A stretch of DNA of 64,000 nt. It comes from Octopus vulgaris (Eukaryota). The stretch is taken from positions 21,514,001 through 21,578,000 of the forward strand of contig OX597823.1 in NCBI GenBank assembly GCA_951406725.2, read 5' to 3'. The notes under the pieces were generated by a model. That model saw only the letters and a list, made by a program, of their open reading frames with translations, was not told the DNA's origin and ran no database searches. A program made the translations under genes and the position numbers. Numbering within the stretch: position 1 is the first letter of the stretch; each line of letters starts with the position of its first letter. Shown in pieces: positions 1 to 11,268 of this stretch.

Positions 1-2
1 AA

Positions 3-36
<34 letters not shown>

Positions 37-82
37 AGAAGAAGAAGAAGAAGAAGAAGAAGAAGAAGAAGAAGAAGAAGAA
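1..82. repeat. (GAA)n microsatellite
   Basis: Near-perfect GAA run at the window start. Confidence 0.95.
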
Positions 83-318
83 CCATCTGACATGGAAAAG
101 GAGTGATTGGGAGAAATGGTGATCTTGGTATGAATAGAATTAAGCACCTTCTTCTGACACATCCTCAAAAATACATAGTATAAAGGAAATCAGAGCCAGG
201 GATCAGTAACTGATCTTGTGTTATTGTCTCTAATATCTTCGATTTTGTACTGGATGTTCGTGTAAAAAGAGAGGTTGGGCTGTCAACTGATTACCATTAA
301 GTTGTCTTGCCCAAAAAA

Positions 319-666
319 CAAGGAGTCCTCCTACCATCTGGCATCTACTCCGATCCGCTTTTGCCCGCAGCATTTAACAGCTGAAATAGAGAACGAACTG
401 TCTCAACTTCGTTTCAACGTCTTTTGTTCAGAAAGTTCTCTGAACTTGGATGCATCTCAAGGGCGAGTCCGTTTCGGCCTACATTATAAAATAGGAAGCG
501 TTGGATGATAGGGAGGTCAGGACCAGGTACGCCCAAGGTTAGAGAATTTCCAGAACAAACTAAGAATGTTGAAACGAAAGTGGAGATTCTTCACTTTCTG
601 CTTGAACTGCTAAGTGCTGCGGATGGAATCGGATCGGGTAGTGCCGGATTGCAGGAGGACTCCTTG
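319..666. repeat. Diverged inverted repeat, arms ~319-423 and ~562-666
   Basis: caaggagtcctcct...tcgtttcaac at 319-420 recurs as a reverse complement (gttgaaacga...aggaggactccttg) with many substitutions. Confidence 0.75.
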
Positions 667-1470
667 ATTCTATCAAGAGGTTAAATATGCCATCGGAGGA
701 AAGAAGGAGCCTTACAAAGCTTGGCTTGGAAATAAGTTTTCTTCCTTGGCCTTGCGATAAAAGCAAACACGAAAAGTCGCTGATGAGACTGTAAAGGTCT
801 ACAAGATAAAAACACGAGAAGACTTTGAAGAGAGAGTACTTCACTCATATTTTCAACCCGGTCACAACATCTTCTGAAATATATAAGGCGTATCTAGGTA
901 AAGGGACTGAAGGGTGACTCCTCGTTGCAGCCTCGCCTGAATATGACTTTCAGTTATTTTAACAACTATTGTAATTAGGGAGTCGTACTTCTGGCGTGTT
1001 ACCGCTGCAAAACGGTGAACAAGCAAAACACATACATTAAGTATGTGCGGTCGATAATGTTTACAACTCTAGCGCTGCTTTTAGTTCATAATTGAATTTA
1101 ATCTTATGTATGCATCGTCACTGCATGGCAGTAATAGTTTTTACATTATTCATATATAGTCATAGACTGGCAATTCACTTCGTCTCGGGTTCGATTCAAG
1201 TATATGATGTTGATAAGCCACAAAATTGGCAAAATATCAGTATCCATCACTCCTGAATGGATCTGGGACGTGTTGTCTTCATCTCCAACATAGGTGGAGG
1301 TTGTGGAAGAACAAAGAATACTGCGTTGTTTACCTTGACAAGATTTCTCATACACGTGGTACTTAAGAGCATTCATAACTATATCGTTGACAGAGGAGAA
1401 CCGTTTGCTACTACTGCGCGAACTGCCAGATCACGTGATTTTGGTTTTTATATTACTTCTGTCGCTATTA

Positions 1471-1473
<3 letters not shown>

Positions 1474-1556
<83 letters not shown>

Positions 1557-1578
1557 TATACATACATACACACATACA

Positions 1579-1612
<34 letters not shown>

Positions 1613-1731
1613 CATATATACATACACACACACATACATACAGACATACATACATACATACATACATACATACATACATACATACATACATACATACATA
1701 CATACATACATACATACATACATACATACAT
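1474..1731. repeat. Compound (CA)n(TA)n(CATA)n microsatellite, representative of dozens in the window
   Basis: Directly visible; source of the spurious YI/HT/VC ORFs. Confidence 0.95.
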
Positions 1732-2136
1732 ACTGGCTGCACTTCATAATATAGCTTTAGATTTTAATCGAAAATTATAAATAAACACATGTATAAACGT
1801 CTTTCTCTGCAATGTTTCGACGACAGAGAAAGTGGGTTCATCCGAAATAGTTCCATTAATGCATTTGATTTTATCAGCAACCGTCTTTAACTATCCATGG
1901 AGACACAACTTATAAACTCAGTATTATTAAATGTATTAGTAAATAGGATTGGCCAGTTTGCATGTATGATGTATTCTTGGTCGTTTATGCGATAAATAAA
2001 TTGTTGAAGCATTAACGGCATCTTGTTTCATTGCTATACAATAACAAGATATCTCTAAAGATTTTAAGACAATAGTCTATATTTAGTGAAATGTGAATAC
2101 TGTTGACGCATCAGTAAGCCGTTTGTATGTTTGGTA

Positions 2137-2519
2137 GAGGCGCAATGGCCCAGTGGTTAGGGCAGCGGACTGGCGGTCGTAGGATCGCGGTTTCGATTCC
2201 CAGACCGGGCGTTGTGCGTGTTTATTGAGCGAAAACACCTAAAGCTCCACGAGGCTCCGGCAGGGATGGTGATGATCCCTGCTGTACTCTTTCACCACAA
2301 CTTTCTCTCACTCTTTCCTCCTGTTTCTGTTGTACCTGTATTTCAAAGGGCCGGCCTTGTCACTCTCTGTGTCACACTGAATATCCCCGAGAACTACGTT
2401 AAGGGTACACGTGTCTGTGGAGTGCTCAGCCACTTACACGTTAATTTCACGAGCAGGCTGTTCCGTTGATCGGATCAACCGGAACCCTCATCGTCGTAAC
2501 CGACGGAGTGCTTCCACAC
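2137..2519 (+). mobile_element. tRNA-derived SINE, family 1 (resembles octopus OK/OR-type SINEs), full length
   Basis: tRNA-like head with A box (tggcccagtgg) and B-box-like ggtttcgattccc; 13-bp TSD tgtatgtttggta at 2124-2136 and 2520-2532; further copies at 4776 and 55399. Confidence 0.9.
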
Positions 2520-2532
2520 TGTATGTTTGGTA

Positions 2533-2564
<32 letters not shown>

Positions 2565-4775
2565 GGTGTGTGTGGATCACGAGATCGTGATTTCGGTTCC
2601 CACACTGGCCAATGCGTTGTGTTCGCGTGCAGAGCTCTTTATTTCACATTGCTCTGCAATTATTTCGACATCTGGCGTGTCGCTGGCTTGCGCATCTGGA
2701 GGGAACGAGTTTATGTGAAACAATAACATTTGATCACTATAAACAAGTCATCTGCGCAATTATTCGGCGAGAAATTGCGGAACCCTCGTCCATCGGCTAA
2801 CGACGGCGAAGTCCATAGTATATATATATATATGATAAACGTGAGATTTTGTTTGTGTGGGACCCCTGTATCTCTGTCGACATTTGCTATATACCTTTTC
2901 GGACGCGGGAGGATCTCGGGATTGAAAATCTGCACTTTGGTTCTTGAACATCCAACATTGGGTTCTGATTTAAAAGCATTTGGGCTGCTATTTCTAGCAG
3001 ATAAAGCTTAGTTGTTTCACGCCATCTTGGTTGGCGTTTGTTAGATGATGTCAAGAGATCAAGCGGGAAATAAGTGACATTCGCTTATTTAATTTTACGT
3101 CGAAGCAAGAACTTTGAGACAAATTAGCCAACAGAATTCAGATTGGGACAGGAAAATAGAATGATGGCATTACAGAATTAATTCTCATCCGTCCTTAACC
3201 TCTGATCAAACACCACCAGGGAATATAGCAATTTATAGATGTATTATAGTCATGCTATTTAGCTCTCCCAAGTTTTGGGCCGCAGGCTCAATTAGCCCTT
3301 CGCAGTAAGTCATATGTATGTTTGGTGTATGTCTGTGTATGTGGTGTATGTGTGTGTATGTGGAGAGAGAGGGAGAAAGAGAGAGAAAGAAAGAAAGAAA
3401 GAAGTGAGAGAGAGAAAGAAAAAAGAAAGAAAGAAAGAAAGAAAAGGGAGAGAAAGAAAGAGAGAGAGAAAGAAAGAAAGAAGAGAGATAGAAAGAAAGA
3501 GAGAGGGAGAAGAAAGAGAGAGGGAGACGTGTCTGTGTTTGTGCGTGAGTGTGCGCTGAGAATGTGCATGCGTATGTATGTGTGTGTGTGCGTGCGTGCA
3601 CGACGGTCTTCCACGCAGTTTCGTTCATCAAATTCTGCTGAGAAAGCTTTAGTTGATCGGAACCTATGGTAGATAACACTTGCTCTACATTCCACAGAAG
3701 AGGTCCGCATCAGACCCATGTGTCCTTTTATACTTTACTTCTCATCTTATATGTACTTAGTAATGCCTATAAGAAAACCTTCAGGTTTTTTTCATTCAGT
3801 TCTCATAATAAGATTCAAATTGTGGTGCTCTAGTAGTCTCTCAGCACGCTAAAAATGGAACAATGTTTCTCATATTACACCTTTTGTCTTAAGAAATTAT
3901 ACCTTGGTTAATGTACTCTCATATATCTCTAAGTATATGAAATAGTCAACACTGCAATAAATTTTATTAAATTCTACTTGATCTGGATTGAAATTGGATT
4001 AAGCAAGAACAGCTAAATCCGATTGTTGTTAGTTTATTTACAAAAGAATACAGACAGACTTCACTTGGCAACAGAACAATTCTGACAGATTAGATTTATC
4101 TTATAAAACAGATTTTCAACAACCTATTGCAACGACGAACATGCAAGAAGTAGCTTTAACGAGAAACTAGCATACACACTATGACTGAAACAAAAAGTGG
4201 AATATAGTCTGGCTCAATCAACTCTTTCATATGAGCAAAACCACCAGCATAACAAGGACCTTCTGAACTCTATCAAAACATTTACACATAAATAGAACAA
4301 ACTCTTCAACACTAATAATGCTAAGGTCAACTATTCTTGTCCAGATAATATTGATTCCCAGAGAGCAAAACACAAACGAAGACATAAACTCAGACAACTC
4401 ACTTTCCAACACCCAGCATACAACAGTACAAATTCTCAATTTTCCCTCTTAGAGAATCGTACCGCTTTAAATGCTCTTTCATTCAATAGCATCCGTGATT
4501 TTGAGAGAAATTACGCAGCGCTCAAGGCAAACACCTTTACTAGACGAAACAACCGATGTTAGTCAATTCAAGTCGTTGGAAAAGAGAGCGTCATCCCATA
4601 ACTCTAATATGGAAAAACAAAGAGAGCGAACATCTGAACTTGTTATCAAACCCGACAATGTCGTTGACAGAGTTACTTTGCACGAAAGTCGCCAAAGATA
4701 ACTCCTATTGTGAGAACTGTACATTCAAAATATTCATGAAACTTGCATAGTCGGGACATTATAATCCTTACAGAA

Positions 4776-5164
4776 ATATAGGAGCACTCCGTCGGTTGCG
4801 ACGATGAGGGTCCCAGCTGATACGATCAACGGAACAGCTTGCTCGTGATATTAACGTGCAAGTGGCTGAGCACTCCACAGACACGTGTACCCTTAACGTA
4901 GTTCTCAAGGAGATTCAGCGTGACACACAGAATGTGACAAGGCTGGCCCTTTTAAATACAGGTACAAGAGAAACAGGAAGGAAGAGCGAGAGAAAGTTGT
5001 GGTGAAGGAGTACAGCAGGGTTCACCACCACCTCCTGCCGGAGCCTCGTGGAGCTTTAGGTGTTTTCGCTCAATAAACACTCACAATGCCCGGTCTGGGA
5101 ATCGAAACCGCGATCCTCCGACCGCGAGTCCGCTGCCCTAACCACTGGGCCATTGCGCCTCCAC
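4776..5164 (-). mobile_element. tRNA-derived SINE, family 1, full length
   Basis: Reverse-complement homolog of 2137-2519; 13-bp TSD aatccttacagaa at 4763-4775 and 5165-5177. Confidence 0.92.
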
Positions 5165-5497
5165 AATCCTTACAGAATAACCATTAGAGAGACCCATTGT
5201 CCTGCGCCAATCTAACTAGAGTTGGCAGCAACGGCAAAATCCATCTACAAGTAAGCATCACAAGCTATTACACAACAATTCTCCAGTTCAACAAGTTTCA
5301 TGACAGTGCATATTTTCTTTCCAGTTTCTTTCAGTTAATATGCTTTCATCGATGCGTGAACACGCAGTACGTGGTAGGAAAACTGTAGCAGAGGAGGGGA
5401 CCATCAATACTGATACATAATTAATATAGACTATGGATCATGAATTCAGCAGCTTTTCTTTCATTTGTAAAACGAAAGCATGAAACATCCATAAAAC

Positions 5498-5529
<32 letters not shown>

Positions 5530-5570
5530 GATACAGGACTCTTGACCTGTCCAACAAAGCGTGATGCCTA

Positions 5571-5687
5571 AACCAATCAGCTCAACCAACCAATCAGCTT
5601 AAGTAATTGAGTGATACTACACACTGATTGGTCAGAATACAGTTTGCAAAACCTAGCACTCTGGAGCCTACCCAGCTGTATTTATAG
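5571..5687 (+). promoter_or_regulatory. Putative Pol II promoter in pLTR: three CCAAT boxes plus TATA-like box
   Basis: aaccaatcag at 5571 and ~5588, reverse ctgattgg at 5624-5631, tatttatag at 5679-5687; upstream of ORF1. Confidence 0.6.
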
Positions 5688-5749
5688 CACAGAATCACTC
5701 ATCTTGCTACAGTCAAAAATTGTGAAGCATGACTGTCAACACTACTACA

Positions 5750-5794
5750 TGAACCCGAAGATTGCAGAATTCAATGCATGAAAGTACTAGTTCA
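5750..5794 (+). ncRNA. Minimal type I hammerhead ribozyme variant in upstream pLTR
   Basis: TGAAC-CCGAAGA-TTGCA(gaattcaa)TGCAT-GAAA-GTAC-TA-GTTCA: stem I TGAAC/GTTCA, stem II TGCA/TGCA, palindromic stem III AGTACT; core CCGAAGA versus canonical CUGAnGA. Confidence 0.75.
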
Positions 5795-5999
5795 ATCAGA
5801 ATGAATATTTAACATTCTACTATTTCATTTTATTTTATTCAATTATAATATATTATCTTATAATATATCATTATAAGATTGTAAATAAAACGTGAAAATC
5901 AGACAAGGTTGGAATTCTTTTTATTAATATATTCTTCTATACACAATCACACACACCCATATATATATATATCTATATTCCTATTGTGTATATGCCAAC

Positions 6000-7289
6000 A
6001 TGTCTGGAAAGCAACAAACAAAATTAACAGAATCCGAAAGAATTCTAATGGAAATTTCATCGAAATTATCAACACTCATCACGATGATTGACACACAATC
6101 TTCTATTTTAAAGGAAATAGAAAAACAGTCTACAGACGGAAAACTTGGAAATGAACACATAAACTCTGAAATTAAGAATTTAGCTGAAATGATACCAACA
6201 ATTATAAAATCTACAAGAGAATGCCTACCACAACCTCCTTGGATGTCAGAAATAAACGAAAGAAATCTGGAAAAAGAGGCACACCGAAAAAGAGAAGAGA
6301 TACAGAAGACATGGAAAAAACTCCTTAACATAAGAAAACAAAACTTCTGGAAGGCATATAAATGCGAAAAATATGCTGAAATACATTCGAAATGGATATC
6401 TTTAGCGGCACCCATACTTCCTCGGAAGTACCTAATTAAAGAAATTGCAGGAGAACCAGAGGAAGAAACTAAACTTCGATGGGACCTTAGTTTGATAAAA
6501 TTCAGGACCGACATCTCCATTACCCTGTCTAAACAATCCCGCTACAAAGCCAAATACGAAGCTATCGATGATCAAATCAGAGATGAAATATCCAAACTAA
6601 CGACCGGCAATATAGCAGAAAAAATGCGAGAACTATGGATCAGAGATATCTCAAAAGAAGAAAGCAGATCAAGAAAGTTTTGGCAGCGGAAACAATTATT
6701 TCTCGACAAATATGCTACAAATTACGGTAAAGACACCAGAACTCCGAGAAATAGCATTAAAAGTGGACAACCTCACCAACGCAACATACACCAGAACACG
6801 TGGCAACATGAACACCCGTTTCACCACGAATCGAAGACGAACTACGGTAAGAACTCTTCCCATTTTGTATGCAAACACCCTAATGCACACAACATGAACA
6901 AAAAGCACAAACAAAATAGATATTGTTTTGAACAGACCATTAGCAGTAGAAATAACAGATCATTTTCAAGACCTCAACAGAGATTACCCACAAGAAACTG
7001 GACAAAAAACCGATCTAGATCTAGAAGTAAACCCAGATCATTTCTCCAGGTGGTTAAAAACAATGCTAACAAGAAATTGAAAAGTAGCATACATAATACC
7101 AAAAACAAGACAGAAAACATAACGAAACCAAGTAAAGTACCACAACCAAAACGCAAAATTCATCAAGCAAACATCAACAGGAATATAAATCATAACCAGA
7201 AAAAAATCCATTTTTTTACGTCAGGACAACAAACACCGGAGAAAGAAAAAATCCAAGAGGAAACATACCCCAAACAACTGAACGTATAG
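6000..7289 (+). CDS. PLE ORF1, 429 aa; helical/coiled-coil-like N-terminal half and basic disordered C-terminal half
   Basis: ATG 22 nt after the pLTR; K/E/L-rich N-half, N/K/R/H/Q-rich tail including RSRSRSK; overlaps the ORF2 frame. Confidence 0.8.
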   Translation: MSGKQQTKLTESERILMEISSKLSTLITMIDTQSSILKEIEKQSTDGKLGNEHINSEIKNLAEMIPTIIKSTRECLPQPPWMSEINERNLEKEAHRKREEIQKTWKKLLNIRKQNFWKAYKCEKYAEIHSKWISLAAPILPRKYLIKEIAGEPEEETKLRWDLSLIKFRTDISITLSKQSRYKAKYEAIDDQIRDEISKLTTGNIAEKMRELWIRDISKEESRSRKFWQRKQLFLDKYATNYGKDTRTPRNSIKSGQPHQRNIHQNTWQHEHPFHHESKTNYGKNSSHFVCKHPNAHNMNKKHKQNRYCFEQTISSRNNRSFSRPQQRLPTRNWTKNRSRSRSKPRSFLQVVKNNANKKLKSSIHNTKNKTENITKPSKVPQPKRKIHQANINRNINHNQKKIHFFTSGQQTPEKEKIQEETYPKQLNV

Positions 7290-9523
7290 ATCCTAAAATA
7301 ATTAATTTATCAAAAAGAGATCTTGACAATGATGAAATCCAACTTCTGTCAAAAGGACTGAAATTCACACCTACACCAACAGCCAACCACCAAGAATTAA
7401 AGGAGGATATCCAAAAATTCTGTCGAAAATTACGACTTGTAGAATTCTTCGCTAACAAAAGTAATGAGATTGATGAATCCCTAGTAAGGAATAAATCAAA
7501 TTTCACCCCACCAAAAGGAAGAAATAACTACCTTGACCAATACATTGATATCCTGTCTAAATTTCCCCTTAGACGCAATACCAATGTTAGGCCAAACATT
7601 AGCAAATCAGAGATGTCTGCATGTAAACGTATACAAAACGATCAAACAATAATAATTAAACAAGCAGATAAAGGTGGTGCAATTGTTATTATGGATACCG
7701 AATACTATAAGGATTTGGTTGAAGACCAACTGAAGGATACAACCTTCTATTGTGAAATACCAGCAAATATAGGCCACCACATCATGAAAAAGATCAACAA
7801 CCTGATTTCAACACACCACAACTCACTTACGGATAATGAAAAAGACTACATCACCAATTTTGAACCAAAACCCAGCAACTTCTACGGCTTACCAAAAATA
7901 CACAAATCAAAAAACATTCAACAGGCAGTAAAAGAACAAGAAAGTGAGTACATCAAATTATTACATCCAAAAGACCTAAAACTTAGACCTATTATAGCTG
8001 GTCCAGCATGCCCTACACACCGTCTAAGCAATTTTATTGACATTGTTTTGAAACCACTATGTACTTACATACCAAGTTTCATCAGGGATGACATCGACTT
8101 CCTGTCCCATCTTCCCAAAACAACAGAAACAAATTCAGTTTTGCTAAGTTTTGATGTGGTAAGCCTCTACACCAATATTCCACACGATTTAGGAATAAAG
8201 GCGATTAAATACTGGTTAGAAAAACATAGAGAAGTGATTCCCAGCAGATTCACAGTGCCATTTATATTAGACACAGTCAAACTTATTCTAGAAAATAACA
8301 CATTCTTCTTCAATGGAAAGAATTACATCCAAATTAGAGGCACGGCGATGGGAACGAGGTTTGCTCCCGTTTACGCCAACTCTGTAATGGGATACTTAGA
8401 AGAACAACTCTACCAAGAGGTGGAGGTAAACTATGGCACTGGATTTAGAAAGTATATTGAAAAGGCATGGAAGAGATACCTAGACGACTGTTTCATAATC
8501 TGGACAGAATCTCTAAATACTCTGGAAGAGTTCAATATCCTCCTGAACAACCTACACCCATCTCTCAAATTTACAAAGGAGATGAGTAGTACCAAATTAC
8601 CATTCCTGGATATAATGGTAATTAAAAAAGACACCACTATCACCACAGATATATACTATAAACACACAGACACACATCAATACCTAAATTTTAAGTCGTG
8701 CCATCCACCACATACAAAACGTAACATCCCATACTGCCTAGCCAGAAGAATTTGTACTATTGTAGAAGATGCAAATATCAGGAACAAACGCCTAATAGAA
8801 CTAAGAGAATTTTTGCTCAAACAAAAATACCCATCTCTACTTATAGAAAATGGCATACAGCGGGCTATAAAAATACCTATACAACAACTTAGGACAACCC
8901 AAGGAAGAGGAAAACAAGAACAAGTCATACCATTCATAGTGACACACAACCCATGTCACCAGAATATCTTCAACATTGCCAAAGCAAACCTACCAATCAT
9001 TGCCCAAAGTAATGAATTAAAAGACATAATCAAGGATCGAGCTATGGTGCTTAGTAAAAGACAGCCTAAAAACTTGAAAACATTACTAACAAAGGCAAAA
9101 TTTGACCTCAGCAACAAAGACCAAACATTCACGGTATCTAAATGCAATGATAGCCGATGTGGCACATGCCAATTCATACATACCGGTCAATATATAAACA
9201 CAAAAACCGGGAAAATATTCACAAACGCGAATATGAACTGCAAAAGCAGAAATTTAATTTACTGCATCAAATGCCCAAATTGTGAAGAAATATATGTAGG
9301 TCAGACGGGAAACGCACTATTAGAACGCTCACGTGTACACCGGCAACAGATTAGAGACCCAGAGGTCCGTCAGATACCTTTGAGTAACCACCTAGCAACA
9401 TGTGGTCGGAAAATATATATAATATTTCCATTCTACAAATTACACAGCCCAAGTGAAATCGAGAGGAAAATCAGAGAAAAGAATTTTATTGATAAATTCG
9501 AACCCAAGCTAAATAAGCAATAA
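7196..9523 (+). CDS. PLE reverse transcriptase plus C-terminal GIY-YIG endonuclease; frame open from 7196, first Met at 7613
   Basis: Upstream of Met7613 the frame reads IINLSKRDLDNDEIQLLSKGLKFTPTP (conserved PLE N-terminal motif); then ADKGG, FYGLPKIHK, RPIIAG, SFDVVSLYT, GTAMG, RYLDD, SCHP, Cys linker CNDSRCGTC, LIYCIKCPNC..YVGQT, FEPKLN. Confidence 0.95.
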   Translation, partial: PEKNPFFYVRTTNTGERKNPRGNIPQTTERIDPKIINLSKRDLDNDEIQLLSKGLKFTPTPTANHQELKEDIQKFCRKLRLVEFFANKSNEIDESLVRNKSNFTPPKGRNNYLDQYIDILSKFPLRRNTNVRPNISKSEMSACKRIQNDQTIIIKQADKGGAIVIMDTEYYKDLVEDQLKDTTFYCEIPANIGHHIMKKINNLISTHHNSLTDNEKDYITNFEPKPSNFYGLPKIHKSKNIQQAVKEQESEYIKLLHPKDLKLRPIIAGPACPTHRLSNFIDIVLKPLCTYIPSFIRDDIDFLSHLPKTTETNSVLLSFDVVSLYTNIPHDLGIKAIKYWLEKHREVIPSRFTVPFILDTVKLILENNTFFFNGKNYIQIRGTAMGTRFAPVYANSVMGYLEEQLYQEVEVNYGTGFRKYIEKAWKRYLDDCFIIWTESLNTLEEFNILLNNLHPSLKFTKEMSSTKLPFLDIMVIKKDTTITTDIYYKHTDTHQYLNFKSCHPPHTKRNIPYCLARRICTIVEDANIRNKRLIELREFLLKQKYPSLLIENGIQRAIKIPIQQLRTTQGRGKQEQVIPFIVTHNPCHQNIFNIAKANLPIIAQSNELKDIIKDRAMVLSKRQPKNLKTLLTKAKFDLSNKDQTFTVSKCNDSRCGTCQFIHTGQYINTKTGKIFTNANMNCKSRNLIYCIKCPNCEEIYVGQTGNALLERSRVHRQQIRDPEVRQIPLSNHLATCGRKIYIIFPFYKLHSPSEIERKIREKNFIDKFEPKLNKQ

Positions 9524-9796
9524 TAATAATACTTAGAGGTATTACTTCCACTGCTACGACCATGACCACTAACAACAACAACAATACTAAAGGTGATCAA
9601 GACGAAGATAGCAGGAAAATTATCTTATTTAGGGTTAAAAGTTCTATTGCCACCACCATCACCACTAGCAACAATAATTAAGGTGCTGACAATGATGATG
9701 ATGACAATTGAAATATAAAAATATAAAAATCTCTGACAAAGGATATTTACAACATTTCTAAAAATAACCCAACAATTGCTGCTTCGGCCAGGGTCA

Positions 9797-10246
9797 AGAT
9801 ACAGGACTCTTGACCTGTCCAACAAAGCGTGATGCCTAAACCAATCAGCTCAACCAACCAATCAGCTTAAGTAATTGAGTGATACTACACACTGATTGGT
9901 CAGAATACAGTTTGCAAAACCTAGCACTCTGGAGCCTACCCAGCTGTATTTATAGCACAGAATCACTCATCTTGCTACAGTCAAAAATTGTGAAGCATGA
10001 CTGTCAACACTACTACATGAACCCGAAGATTGCAGAATTCAATGCATGAAAGTACTAGTTCAATCAGAATGAATATTTAACATTCTACTATTTCATTTTA
10101 TTTTATTCAATTATAATATATTATCTTATAATATATCATTATAAGATTGTAAATAAAACGTGAAAATCAGACAAGGTTGGAATTCTTTTTATTAATATAT
10201 TCTTCTATACACAATCACACACACCCATATATATATATATCTATAT
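9797..10246 (+). repeat. Downstream pseudo-LTR of the PLE
   Basis: Copy of 5529-5978; runs into (TA)n. Confidence 0.95.
10018..10062 (+). ncRNA. Second copy of the pLTR hammerhead motif
   Basis: Same sequence as 5750-5794. Confidence 0.75.
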
Positions 10247-10304
10247 ATATATATATATATATATATACATGAATATGTGTATACAAAGAGAAAAGGAGAG
10301 TAAA

Positions 10305-10378
<74 letters not shown>

Positions 10379-10561
10379 GCATACATATACATGTTTGAAT
10401 GTATATAAAGAGGGAGACAAACGGACACAGAGACACACAGAGAAAGAGATACATACAGAGACATAAATACATATCTAATATATATATATATATATATGTA
10501 TTATGTATGCACATATATTTGTGTGTGTACGTATATATGTGTGTGTGTGCGTTCGCGCGCA

Positions 10562-10600
<39 letters not shown>

Positions 10601-11172
10601 CCTGAGGGACAGAGAGATTCTTACGCAGAGCGCTGTTGGATTATATTCATTAATTATATATATATATATATATATATACAGAGAGAGAGAGAGAGAGAGA
10701 GAGATAGAAAGAAAGAAAGAAAGAAAGAAAAAAAGAAAGAAAGAAAGAAAGAGAATGAAAGAAACACACAATATCCATACATATGTATGGATATTCATAG
10801 ATACACAGATATATGTGAGGGAGTTTTCGCGTATGAGGATGTATATATGTGTTTGTGCGTGTGTGTGTGTGTGTGTGTATGTGTGTGTGTGTGTGTGCAT
10901 GTGTGTGCGTGTGTGTGTGTATGTGTGTGTGTGTTTTTTTTATTCGGGTATATATAGTGGCTAATACGCCAATAAAAGATTGGTAAACGCAGTTTACTTT
11001 TTAGATATAAAATGGTGTTTATTTTCATAAACATAGACAGTTTAATTCGTGGAATTTTTTCTTTAATGACAACATTCCGAGTAAAAATGTCCTGAAATGT
11101 TTTCACTCATTTAGTTTATACACACACACACACACATACACACATACACCCCCCACACACACACACTCACAT

Positions 11173-11218
<46 letters not shown>

Positions 11219-11268
11219 TTCATCAACACTTGTCGCTGTTTTCTTTCTTCTTTGACTATTCCTTGCAG

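Larger units (their letters stand above)
5529..5978 (+). repeat. Upstream pseudo-LTR of the PLE
   Basis: Matches 9797-10246 at a constant offset of 4268. Confidence 0.95.
5529..10246 (+). mobile_element. Apparently intact Penelope-like retroelement (Neptune-like) with two pLTRs, inserted in (TA)n
   Basis: 450-bp direct repeats 5529-5978 and 9797-10246 with no difference seen by eye; internal ORF1 plus RT/GIY-YIG ORF; (TA)n on both flanks. Confidence 0.95.

Noticed and set aside
1800-1850. Hairpin ctttctctg..cagagaaag with partial HHR-like boxes on minus
   Set aside because: Core and stems too degenerate to call.
2137-2210. tRNA gene (also the heads of SINE families 2 and 3)
   Set aside because: Continues into a SINE body with TSDs; no complete cloverleaf or terminator seen.
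4471-4701. LLDETTDVSQ resembling a hAT transposase catalytic motif
   Set aside because: No other transposase motifs or TIRs seen; a single short motif is insufficient.
5529-10246. LTR retrotransposon interpretation of the direct repeats
   Set aside because: No TG..CA ends, primer-binding site, protease, RNase H or integrase; RT and GIY-YIG are PLE type.
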